A DNA stretch of 64,000 nt. It comes from Trypethelium eluteriae. Lineage: Eukaryota. Positions 52,584 to 64,000 of the stretch are shown here, in pieces. A program made the translations under genes and the position numbers. Below the pieces are notes generated by a model. That model ran no database searches. It saw only the letters and a list, made by a program, of their open reading frames with translations, and was not told the DNA's origin. Location: positions 1-64,000 of the forward strand of contig JAVECL010000059.1 in NCBI GenBank assembly GCA_051942245.1, given 5' to 3'. The first letter of the stretch is position 1. Each line of letters starts with the position of its first letter.

Positions 52584-54813
52584 ATGTTCCAAGCGGTAGC
52601 TCGCTCGAGAGCTTCTGCCACCTTCCCGTCCTCTCTTCTTCGACATCGAATCGCCACTACTTCTCCCTTCTTCAAAGTATGCAGTCCAATTCCCTCGACA
52701 TGGCTCTAGAAATTGACTGATGTATAGATCGTTCAGTCTTCTGCGATGGCGCCAGCACGGAAACAAAGCAACTTGCCTCCTGGTATGGTTATCACATGTA
52801 AACTGCATGCTTGGAGCTGCGGAGACACAATTGGACAGAACCCGGGGCTGACATGCGTTTAGGCTACAGGGAAGACCACTCAAAAGGTGTCATGCTGCGC
52901 TTCGAGGACACCCTTCCAAAACTTCCAGTTCCAACGCTCCAGGAGACCGCCAAACGCTACCTCAAATCTGTACATCCACTCCTAAGCAAAGATGAATATT
53001 CAGCCACACAAGGGGTGGTTGAGGAATTTGTCAAACCAGACGGACAGGGCGAAACATTGCAAAAGCGTCTTCAAGCTCGAGCAGACGAGCCAGGCCAGAG
53101 GAATTGGCTCGCCGACTGGTGGAACAAAACCGCATATCTCGATTACCGGGACCCTGTCATACCATATGTGAGCTACTTCTATTCGCACCGAGATGATCGA
53201 AAGAGAAGGGACCCTGCAAAGCGCGCAGCCGCAATTACATCGGCCGCCCTTGAGTTCAAGAAGCAGGTTGATGCAAAGACTCTAGAACCAGAATATATGA
53301 GGAAACTACCGATGGCAATGAGTAGCTATGAGTGGATGTTCAATGCGTGCCGAATACCAGAGAAACCTACAGACAAGCCTGTGAAATTCAATGCACAAGA
53401 GCATAAGTACGTGATTGTTGCGAGGAAGGGGTCGTTCTACAAGGTACCAACAGAAATCGGAGGGAGCCAATTGAACACCAAGGAATTTGAACATTGCTTT
53501 AAAAGGATATTGCAGACTGCAGAAGAGGCGGATCCCATCGGTATTATGACAAGTGGGAATAGAGATGATTGGACTGAGGTTCGCTGTTTTCTGATACCTC
53601 CTTTTCCGCCTTGACTCAAAGACCCTCTACGACTCCAACAATACATATACGAGATACTGACATTCATAAAGTGGCGCAAGCATCTCCTCGATGCATCTAC
53701 CACAAATGCAAAGACCCTTCAGACCATCGAAGCCTGCGACTTCCTCATCTGCCTCGATACCGGAACCCCCATCACCCTCGAAGAGCGCGCCCACGCCTAC
53801 TGGCACGGCACCGGCGCCAACCGCTGGTTCGACAAACCTTGCCAATTCATCATCAACGACAACGGCACCTCCGGCTTCATGGGCGAACACAGCATGATGG
53901 ACGGCACACCCACCCACCGCCTCAACGACTACGTCTGCGCCCTCACCTCCCACAACAAGCTCGACTTTGACAACCCCTCCATCCGAAGCAACCTCCCCGA
54001 GCCGCAGCGCCTCCACTTCGACCTCACACCCACCGTCCGCGCCGACATCACCGCCGCCACCGCACACTTCACCTCGCAGATCGGCGCGCACGAGCTGCGC
54101 GTCCAGGCGTACCAGGGCTACGGCAAGGGGCTGATCAAGCGCTTCCGCTGCTCCCCCGACGCCTGGGTCCAGCTGGTCATCCAGCTCGCGTACCACAAGT
54201 TCTATGGGCGCAACCGGCCGACCTACGAGTCTGCCATGACGCGCAAGTTCCAGCTCGGCCGCACCGAGACGTGTCGCAGTGTCAGCGAGGAGAGCGTTGC
54301 CTTCTGCGATGCTATGGCGGATCCGAATGTTGGCGAGGAGGAGTGTCGGCGCAGGCTGCAGGAGGCGGTCAAGGTGCATGTACAGAATGTTAGTGATGCC
54401 GCGGATGGGCGGGGTGTGGATCGCCATCTGTTTGGGTTGAAGAAGTTGGTGGCGGAGGGGGAGGAGCTGCCGGCGATTTTTCGGGATCCTGCGTATGCGT
54501 ATAGCTCGACGTGGTTTATTTCGAGCAGTCAGTTGAGTAGTGAGTACTTCAATGGCTACGGGTGGAGTCAGGTCGTTGATGATGGTTGGGGGTGAGTGCA
54601 TTTGTTTTCTTGACTTCTTCCCTCTTTATAGATTGCGTTTGCTAACTGGAGACTATTAGCATTGCATACATGATCAATGAGAACAGCATCCAGTTCAATA
54701 TCGTCTCCAAGAAGCTGGGGTCTGACCGCATGGCGTTCTATATCGCCGAAGCTGCTGGCGATATGCGAGACATCATGCTATCAACGCTGGAGGAACCGAA
54801 GGCCAAGTTGTGA
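52584..54813 (+). CDS. CAT2: Carnitine O-acetyltransferase, mitochondrial/peroxisomal (AcuJ/Cat2 type)
   Basis: LPKLPVPTL, NRWFDK, GEHSMMDG, TYESAMTRKFQLGRTE, GRGVDRHLFGL. Exon 1 MFQAVARSRASATFPSSLLRHR is presequence-like; C-terminal PTS1 AKL. Four introns. Confidence 0.95.
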
Positions 54814-55442
54814 TCATACGTGAGTTTGATAAGAGTCACTATCGCATTCGCGCGGAAATATGGTTGGGAAGGCTTATCCACGGATTCGAAGATTTTAGAA
54901 TAAAGTCGGATTTGGAAAAGAGACATGGTTTTTGCATTTTCGATCCTTTCTACTTGACCAGATTAACTGTTTTCAGGGTCGCATGCGAATCTGGCTCGAA
55001 GTCTATACAAGTACGACCATGATGTAAAATAGGCAAAGGATGTATAGATAGATGTGCTATATTCCTAAGTATTGTCTCAATATATCAATCCTTTGTGCTA
55101 AATGTCTTGAGAAATGGAGGCTTGGGTTTCTGGGGATTTACGGACCTGGCAGCCTCAATCACCGGAGCCCCCTTGACATACTAAACTACGACTCACCGCT
55201 TATGCAAGAGATAAATAACAGTGAGTCGATTGATTCTCGAAGGAAAGGACAAGAGTGGAGAGAAAGAAGTTGGAATGGTTGATAAAGGTAGACTAATCTT
55301 ATACTGGCTCCATACTGAACATCACATGTATTAGGTAAGTCTCTAAATATTTAGTGAGATTGATCTATCTCGTTTGGTCCTATTCATATTCTTTGGATCA
55401 CTTCACCATTTAAAGTGCTGGGCTATTCCAAGCATGGTGGCC

Positions 55443-56370
55443 TCAACTTTTGATCTCGCCAATTTCACCCACAATCATGTCTGCAATTCCTCGCATATCC
55501 TCTTCCTGCAAGCCCGAGAGCTTGTTTGCGAAATTGGGCTTCTTTTCCCACAGCGCCCTCGTAAGGCCCAAGACACAGACAATCTGCTCAAGAGCTTCGT
55601 AGCTTCCGGCCTGCATCTCCCTTTTCATCTCTTCGATATACTCGTCTGCGCCTATATCGATTCTTTCGAGTGTCTTTCCCCTACTGACCGCTTCGAAAGC
55701 CTCCAGAATGTCTACCTGACTTACGCAAAAGCTTTGCACATACAGAACTTTCCCGTTTGTCTCATCCTCCTTCCTCAACACTCCCGCTACCGCCCTTCCA
55801 ACCTGCGCCACCGTGCTACACGACCATCTGCCCACACCCCCCATCAAACAGCCTCACCGTTCCCTTTCGCAGCTCGAAGCCCAGCAGCCTGGACTTAAGC
55901 CCTTAGTCGAAGAAATGTCCAGTCACGAGACTGGACCAACTAAATCGCCCTTCGCTCTCCTCCATAAGCCGCTGGCAATACTCTCTCACAGCTGTCTTGT
56001 TGCGAAAGAGGCTAATCAGCTCTGCCACGACGGAATCATCGCTCTCCACGCTGCCATAGTCCGCGAGGACGTAGCGCCGCACGCCCGCCGCCACGCACGC
56101 GTCCGCAAGGCGCAGCTGCAGCTCCAGGGTCGAGGGGTGCAACGCGCAGACCAATGCGTCATGACCCTCAAGAGCGGTTTTGAGGTCTGCGAGAGTGGGA
56201 AAATCGGGGATAATGCTGAGGCGTGTGTTGGGGTAAGAGGGAACGGGCTTAGCGGTGGTGCGAACGAGGATGGTAGTTGAGAAAGGAGGAGATAGTTGAG
56301 CGAGGGCATCGAGGATGGCGGGGCCGATGCGCGAAGTGGCGCCGATCCAAGCGACGCGATGGAGGGTCAT
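55443..56370 (-). pseudogene. NmrA/isoflavone-reductase-like oxidoreductase, disrupted
   Basis: VAWIGATSRIG, LADACVAAGVRRYVLADYGS. In-frame TAA 55903-55905 (GHFFD*GLK) and a frameshift in the 6-nt run 55837-55842 before RWSCSTVAQVGRAV. Confidence 0.8.
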
Positions 56371-57323
56371 GGTGGTGGTACCTTTAAGCAGAGTTAGCTT
56401 CGGTACAGTGTGGTTTCGTATTTCGATTCTGCACATCAAACGCTGACTTCCGGATGTCATGGACGCTCCGGCTACGCCTCTGATCTCTGCAATGGTGGCT
56501 CTGGAATTGTATTATTGTGGTACTATTATTTGTGGACGAGAGAATGCAGATCTGCACGAATTCGTCGTTCGCTTGACACTCCTTTGCGACCACAATACTT
56601 TTCATCAGCTTGGAGATACCCTGCACGGCATGTACTCAGCGACTAATATGTTTCTATACGCTGCTATCTTAAGTTTGATATCTATATTAGACAGCAAAGC
56701 GAAGGCTGGCCCTTCCGATAAGCAGGTAGCCATCCAGGATCTAAAAGGAAGAGGCCGATCGGTACAGGAACGGTGGTGGCCAAATACTAAGATGAACGTT
56801 TAAGAGATGAGAACGGGGCAGTGCAGCGCAGTCTTGAGAAATTGCATGACGAGCTGTGATCCCGATGGAACGGGCCGCGCGCCAAGGCTAGCCGAATCCA
56901 GTGACACTACTACTGTAGTACTTCAAGACTTGCATTCCCCACCTTATCACCTTATTCTAGCTCCTACCTTGAACACGACCCCAAACGCGCACCGCCTATG
57001 ATTCGTTGCTATATATAATCGAATGGCGCTATTCTGCAACTTGCTCTTCGATGTATGCATCTCGAAACCTTTCATCAACAAGAACATGCCTTGTCAAGCC
57101 ACTTTTGGCTATTTACCCTTGGCCATTGAAGCATGTTGGATACCGATATGCAATTCATCCAACATGCGACGATCTTTGCTTGCCCCTGTGGCCCTTATAA
57201 TTGTACTAAGCTCTGTATAACTTAAAGATGCGCTCCCTTTCGTCTCGAATTTGGCATTACAAGACTTCACCCTTCTAACCATCATCTTATATCTATGTAT
57301 GCCAATCTTCCTTTTCACCCAGA

Positions 57324-59739
57324 ATGTCTGCCACAATCGATACAACAGATGTCCACATAGGCCACTGGATCAACTGGTCTTCCGGCAATGTTCGGGGCTC
57401 GACTATTACCTTGACAAGGCGTGATGGTGCTCTTCTGACGGCTTTTCTTGCTATCTTTGTCTCTTTCGCTGGAACACGCATTTGGAAGCTTGCCGCTTTC
57501 TTCATCCATGTCAGCCTCTCACGCCGGGGCTCATCTCAGATCGGCCTCTTTCACCAGCGCCAGGTCATCCTACGAAATTCTCGTACTGCCGAATCGGCAC
57601 TATGGAACCTTTTGAGGATCGCTGGGGCATGGCGCAAGTCGAAATGTCACGCCTATCGCCATATCGGTCCATTAGCAATAGCCAGCCTTATCTCTGGCCT
57701 TGCTTTTGCCGCTGCCGGTGTGTTCTCGGCGCAAGTGTCCTCCGCAAGCAACGAAGTCCTCGTATCTGGAAAGGATTGCGCAATATCGTTATCCACTGGA
57801 GTCAGCAACGAGGAACAGCTCTTAACGATATTCTACCCTTATTCAACCGCACTCCAACAGATAGCTACTCAGCGCTCGCAGCAGTGTTCTACCAAGAACG
57901 CTTCAACTGATAGTTGCCCAACTTTTGTTAAACCAAGTCTTCCCATATCAGTCGTGAAGGATGCCTCCTGTCCGTTTCACCAGAGTATTTGTCAGAGCAA
58001 CAATTCCAACTTGATCATCGATACAGGCTACCTCAATAGTCATTACGATCTCGGAATGAATAGCCCTCCAAGTGAGAGGTTTGCATTCCGTCAGATACTA
58101 CAATGCGCTCCTTTAGCTCTTGGAGAATATACTCGCGCTGTCAATAGAACGCTTAGCTACGACGGTCGTATCCATGAATCTACACCAAATCAGCAATGGA
58201 TACAATATCTTTACGGAAATTATAACACCATCAGCCACGCCAATTTCACATATCAGTATCCAGTTAACAATCCAACTAATAAGTCCGACACTTTTGTGAG
58301 TACGAATTTTGAGCAAGCGTATACGCTAAGGTAAGTTAAGCTTCACGTTACATTAACATGCAAGGAAGATGGTCGAAAGTAGCATGAATAATACCTAATC
58401 TTGCTCAGTCAGTTTCACACAGTATGGCCGAATTCTACGGGGTGGGACTTCATTCCCATCCCAGAACTAGGGCCAGAGGGCGTGGGGAAGGAAGGCATAG
58501 ATATCATGCTCTTCTTCCTCTCTGCCAATCGTCTTTTATTCTTACAGCCTGTTGATGACCCCTGGTATTCGGCGCATAGAGGCCCTATCAACTACACGTT
58601 GACAGCCGAAGGGACGCAGGGCAATGTCGTTCCCTTTTGGTTTGCCGATAATCCAGCAAACGTTCTTGGCTGTACTAGTCAAGTTCAATTTTGCAATCCC
58701 AACTCTCTTCCCAAAGGATGCAGTCCCTTGATGAGCTTCGACGATCTTACACTCCTGTTGTTGAGAGGGGTTGGCAACAGCTCGATTCTCCCATACCTAG
58801 AAGAACCGCAGGCACAGGCGTTCACTACCTTTGTCCGGATCACCGTCTCATACGGCTCTACCATCAATGATATTACCGGGACTCTAGGTGCCACAGCGCT
58901 CACGGCTCCGAGGACTATGACGAGCTTGGGACAGGGCCCACTGGCATCTAATCAATGGCAGTCTGACGTTGAGTATTGGCTTACTACTCAATTAGCTGGA
59001 TACCAACGGGCCGTTGTCGAGGCTGCTAGTGGTCCCAAGTTTCCAGGCATAGAGCCAAACCTCTTAGTCCGTCCTCAGTCTGATATGGAACACACTTTCT
59101 GCACAAATCAGGTAAGACCCGCTCTTGTATCTTTCCACAGTTTCCTTTTTTTTTTTCTTACTTATTTGGTCGTTACTATAGAAAATTCTCAGTACAGATT
59201 TCACATCTTTCTCGGCTCTGGGACTCATTCTGACGCTCGTTATCGGCACCGTCTTCATCATCGTCTCAGTCCTACTCGAGCCGGTACTTTCCTGGCTCCA
59301 GCGTAAGCGGAATTGGCGGCGGGACAACTATGCACTGATGGAGTGGTGGATGAACGATGCACTGCAGCTACAGAGTATAGTTCACGAGCAGCTTGGCGTA
59401 ACGTGGAAGCGCGAAATCGGACAGGTACCGGTCCCACAGCCGGGAGATCAACGCTTTGCCACTCTGGACACGACCGACTTGGGACACCCGCGTTTCAAGG
59501 CACCGGCAACAAGCTCGACCCTACCTGTTGAGCTTGCCAAGGGAGAATTCAGGGCGTTGAGCATAGAGCACGTGGAGCGTAGCTCATGTGCTTCTTCCAA
59601 AGAAAAGGAGACGACGGTCACTGAGCTGAATACATCGGATGCTCACATTGCCACCACTGGCCCTGCCGTCCTCCCAGAAGATGGCGGGGAAGGCATTGGC
59701 CACAGCAGTGTGGGGGATGTGATGCTGCGGGATCCATGA
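57324..59739 (+). CDS. Conserved uncharacterised fungal multi-pass membrane protein
   Basis: VHIGHWINWSSGNVRGSTITLTRRDGALLTAFLAIFV, HQRQVILRN, DTGYLNSHYDLGMN, VLGCTSQVQFCNP, NQWQSDV. Introns 58331-58409 and 59112-59181. Confidence 0.8.
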
Positions 59740-60492
59740 TTAGCATTGATTCGAACTTGTTCCTTTGAGTGAGCTTTCGAGAATCCACCGTGCTTCAGAA
59801 GCGGTCTGAGCGTTACAGATAAGAACTCTGGGAGTCTCATGAAATGTAACAAATGTGACTGTGGGCGCAAAAGTAAGGCCCTTGATCTTTGTCAGATATG
59901 CGCTCAACTATGTCCTGATATCTCTATACCATGGTACACAATAGTGCCTTAGGATACCATTGTGAGAAGGGTCTACCAGCAGGGAAGATTCGACAGCAGT
60001 AGATAGAGATGACTGTGACAAACAACCGCTTTGCAAGAGAGGCAAGATGAAAGCAAAACGTAAAGAGTGGGTGACTATGGTACTGTTCGGTATAAGGAGA
60101 GACTGAACCTCTAAGCAGCTTTGAAGAACGGCTCATAGCGCTTAAGCTATGATTTATGGGCTTGAACATTTCTTGGGGGTCTCAGCTCCGAACCCCAAAA
60201 TGGTCGCGTAAAAACTTAACAACATTTCATGGAGGCGCATGAAAGCGAAGGGTTCCTAAGAACGGGATACAGAGCAAGACTGAGCCGGCCATGAGCATGG
60301 CTGATCAGGCCTGAGTTACGACTAGACATCGACTGAGCACGATCGCGCTCAACTGAGCACAACTGGGCAGAGCGTGAGCAGTGGCGAAGCCGTGCGTGTT
60401 TTTGCTAAGTCAACGTGCCAAGGTGGACTAACCTGATTAGGCGTATAGAGAGATTACTTTTAACGTGAGAATAGCGTCGCATGGATGAGTAT

Positions 60493-62355
60493 TCACTCGA
60501 TGGATCCATATTTATTCAAGTACTCGTCTTTGCAATCTCTCATGTCGTCGGCGAGACATGGCTCGTCTCCATTTCTCCACCATGCTTTTCTATGGCTAAA
60601 CAGGCCCGCTTCAGCGATTAGCTTATCGGTATACCAGACAAGATCTCCGTAAAAGTTCAGGCCATCCACACCACGTGTTGGGTATCTCCGTTTTGAAAAG
60701 GTGTTCATGTATGCAACTTCACGTCGTAGCTGCTCTCTGGGTGGTAGTTTGATGTGGCCGTCCCAGTAAGCCGTTGTCCAGATAGCCTGGGCATCCGCAC
60801 CACGGAAGCTGTTGGACATGCGAGTACGTCCAAGGAAGATAATGGAAGCATCGCTGAGCGGTGCTATCCCTTGATAAAGCCGAGCAGGAACAATATCATC
60901 CCTAGCTAAGCGGGTGGAGCCAGGCGGTGGGTCCGCAAGTATCGGGTATTTGCTAATTATCTGCTTGTCTGCCGCATCCATAAGGGGTTGCCAAGCCTGC
61001 AAATCCTTCTCGGAGCCACTGCGTCTGTCGTGCGGAAGGCTAAGCTCGCGTATCTGCGACAACGAAAGAAATGAGTATTCTAATGACCAGCCGGTGCCAC
61101 AAAAGAGGATATCTGTGGGAACCTCTCTACCATCTTCTAAGAGAATAGAAGTCGGCGTTGTGCGAATAGGATCGCTCCGATAAACAAATACTTTCTGGCT
61201 AACAAGATCCCAGAAATCATCATGTTGGACCATCCCAATGGGCCCATTATTCCAAAAGAAACTATTTTATCTTGGTCAGTACAATTGTATCTAAACGTCA
61301 CTGGTCATACCTACGAAGTGCTTGGCTCTAGTTCAGCAAAGCACGCCAGCTGATTCTCCCTTCCTCTATAATTAGCCCGATCTTTGAAATGTTGATCGCC
61401 GGGAAATAGCTTCGATTCTAGATCGTCTCTCCTGGAAGGCGTTTGGTGTAGCTCTAGTGCCCATGGCTGCATGGCCGAAAACCGGAAGGGCTGAGTGCGG
61501 TTGCATTTTGGGTAGCTCCGCGCTCAACTACATTCCTATAACCATCAGGAGGTGTTGGATCTACAAAAATCCCGGGTCCTTCGTCGCTTCCCCGGATTAT
61601 CCAGCTGACATGCTTGTTCGTCTTTACGGCAGCATAAACCATGTCTGCAGCAGACTTACCACCACCAAGAACGGTTATATTCCTATAAGATGGTGTTGCA
61701 AGGATAGACTGCGGTTGGGTACCAAAATCCCGGTGATGGATCATTCGTGCTGTCCACTGTGAATCAAGAGGAAAGTCAGGCATGATTGGTATAGACGTCA
61801 AGCCAGAGGCCACAGCCAACTTCGAACACGTCATTGTTTGATTTTTTTTGCCATTGAAGCGTAGAGTCCATCCGGTAGCAATTTTCTCGATCGATGAAAC
61901 TTGTGCATTAAGCCAGATGCGGTCTCGTATTGACCTACCTTGATAGGTATGGCTGTCTACATACTCTTCCAGGTATGAAGTCACATGCTTGGCCTCAAAT
62001 GTATCGTATGCAACAGGAGTACCCTTGGGCAACTCTAGGGTTTTGTCAGAGAAAGCAGTCATTCGGAGAGGACTCTGCGTCCAAAAGGCATCAAACACCC
62101 TTGCTTTACAGTAGCGCCAGTCAGTGTCTCATAACGATAGTAACTACAGATGACACTTACCTTGGCTCCATACTCCACCAATGAAAGTGTCTTGCTCGAC
62201 AATTATCAAGGATATGTGAGGATGCGTGTCAAGGAAGAATCGAGCGAAAGCAATGCCACTCAACCCTGAACCATGAGCGTACATGGCAAAGCAGGCGGAT
62301 TCTGAAGTAACTAACCGGCTCCAATTATTGCAACATCAAATTTGAAAGCAACCAT
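60493..62355 (-). pseudogene. Flavin-containing monooxygenase (FMO-like) with frameshift
   Basis: VAIIGAG|LSG FAD motif, GGVW, LAVASGLTS, MIHHRDF, VLGGGKSAADM, FCGTGW. Frame breaks near 61472 (TAG at 61454-61456), while the shifted frame continues ...ANYRGRE...LEPST. Confidence 0.75.
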
Positions 62356-64000
62356 TATAAAATGCCAACAAAGCTTTGATGATTCAATCGTATTTAATTG
62401 GCTATGAAGAGGGTTTCAATGGCAAGGGAATGAAATCATCGGATGTAGAAAAACAAAGCACAGTCGACTCGCTATCCTTATCCAGACTGATTAACAACCT
62501 AGGATTGAATTTGCGGGGCCAAGTTGACCAGTCACCCAATACCGGACGCGGATGATGATGGGCCAGCAAGCCTGTGTCACTGATGTTGATGACACGATCC
62601 GGCCTTAACTGGCTGTCCCGTCGACAGGATGAGCGAGAGGCCTCTACGGAGTACTTGCTGAATCGTATTTGCCGTTACGTATGTCCTCAACGGCCTATGT
62701 TCTGCTTTCGCCCAAGCCGGCGTTATCTCCGCCTCTGCCGGGGGGTGAACGCAAGTACTGAGGATGGAAGGCACCGAAGAGATGAGCCTCAGCGTGCATC
62801 AACAAGATGTCCACCTCGGAAAAACAAGGTTCATCTTTAGAGATATGATTGCTGAAACTGTGTAATGTTGCCTGCTCCTGCACGGAAAGGCGGTCATCGA
62901 ACGAGTACATTAGTGCGCCGCAGATGCAGGCGACGCGCTTACCAACGCGTGGATCGTACTGCACCACAGTGCTTGAACCCTGACCATCTGGGGCGAGGAA
63001 CGCGGAAGCACCATCCGAATACTGGCACCCATGGGCCCATAACATCCGTTGACCCAATAGAGCCACCGAGCGTTGGTTGCCAATTATATGCAGATGTCCC
63101 TACCGAGACAGGCTCATAGGTAGCGTAGAATGTGGATGGGGTAATAGTAGACAAAGGATTTGAGACGGATGCATTTGCGGCTTGCGCAAAGTGATTCTGG
63201 GCCTCAATGATATAAAGAGTACCTTCGCATCTACCGAGAAAGTGTCAGCAATTGAGAGATGGCGTCTATGGGATACTTGTGTGGAGTGTCTTGATGTCTG
63301 AAGTAAGCTGTCTGGAATGTATACGACGTTCATGACGAGCCTTAAATCTGGAATACGTCAAGTTGAATAAGTTGTTTCAGATTTTCATATAGCGATCTGA
63401 AAGATGCTGACGCGCTAGCTATGAGCGAATTCTGAACTGCAATGGTGCTGTTCGTTCAGTCATGACGGTGTATGATAACGGTGGCAGGCTTTGCTCTACT
63501 GTAATCTTGCGGCACCGCACCGTATTTCTTCTCCAAGGTCACCTCTATCAGTACTCCGTACAATGGGTGAAGTTATGCACCCATGCTAAATGACGGCGTG
63601 CGGGACGGAAGGATTTGCCAATTTTGCGAAAGGCTGAAGCATAGCATTCTGGACCAGCACATCGCACAACTACGATATGTCGTTGTGCTTGACACATGGC
63701 CAGTGGACGATGCTGGGATGCTGTCGAAGAGGGATGAGTCTTAGGTGCACGATGGAATTTGTGAGTGTCAAAATAAAGAAGTCCAAGATCCGAAATTGGT
63801 CATTTCGGGCTGGTTTCATTATATTTTATGAATATCGGAATTGGCAATGAATTGTTTTTTATGCAAGCACAGCGCGGACTAGAGGTTTGGAGTTGATTCC
63901 GTCCATTCCGTTCGGCACCTTAATAACAAATCTCCAAAAACCGGTGTCTACGTTTATTCGTCCTTGCTATTATACTGACGCTTACCTTTGCTGCTGAGCT

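Noticed and set aside
53627..54601. 324-aa minus-strand ORF
   Set aside because: Antisense to CAT2 with no recognisable domain.
62574..63333. Cluster of short overlapping ORFs upstream of the FMO
   Set aside because: No consistent exon model or family; possibly a relic but unsupported.

Overview
Gene-dense genomic DNA from a filamentous ascomycete (Pezizomycotina), with short GT-AG introns carrying CTRAC/CTRAT branch sites. About 22 apparently intact genes are supported. Housekeeping or conserved: BMS1, a Utp30/Cic1-like L1-domain gene, ubiquitin-RPL40, RRN7, eIF5A, VPS52, Whi5/Nrm1-like and Tos4-like G1/S regulators, peroxisomal thiolase, ACH1, carnitine acetyltransferase, a PDK/BCKDK kinase and an I9 protease inhibitor. 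Accessory: a >1500-aa repeat-rich secreted protein cut by the left edge, an HSL esterase, an F-box protein, an old yellow enzyme, an OPT transporter, a multi-TM protein and two small single-TM proteins. Three recognisable genes are disrupted (PPT1 by an in-frame TAG; an NmrA-like gene by TAA plus a frameshift; an FMO by a frameshift), and two orphan ORFs break at G/C6 runs. The most unusual items are a degenerate 13-unit, 27-bp array with codon-like variation and a terminal palindrome at 33.2-33.5 kb, and two similar micro-membrane genes flanking the broken PPT1. No rRNA, tRNA, CRISPR array or recognisable transposase was seen. All family calls come from motif recognition by eye; no database search was run.
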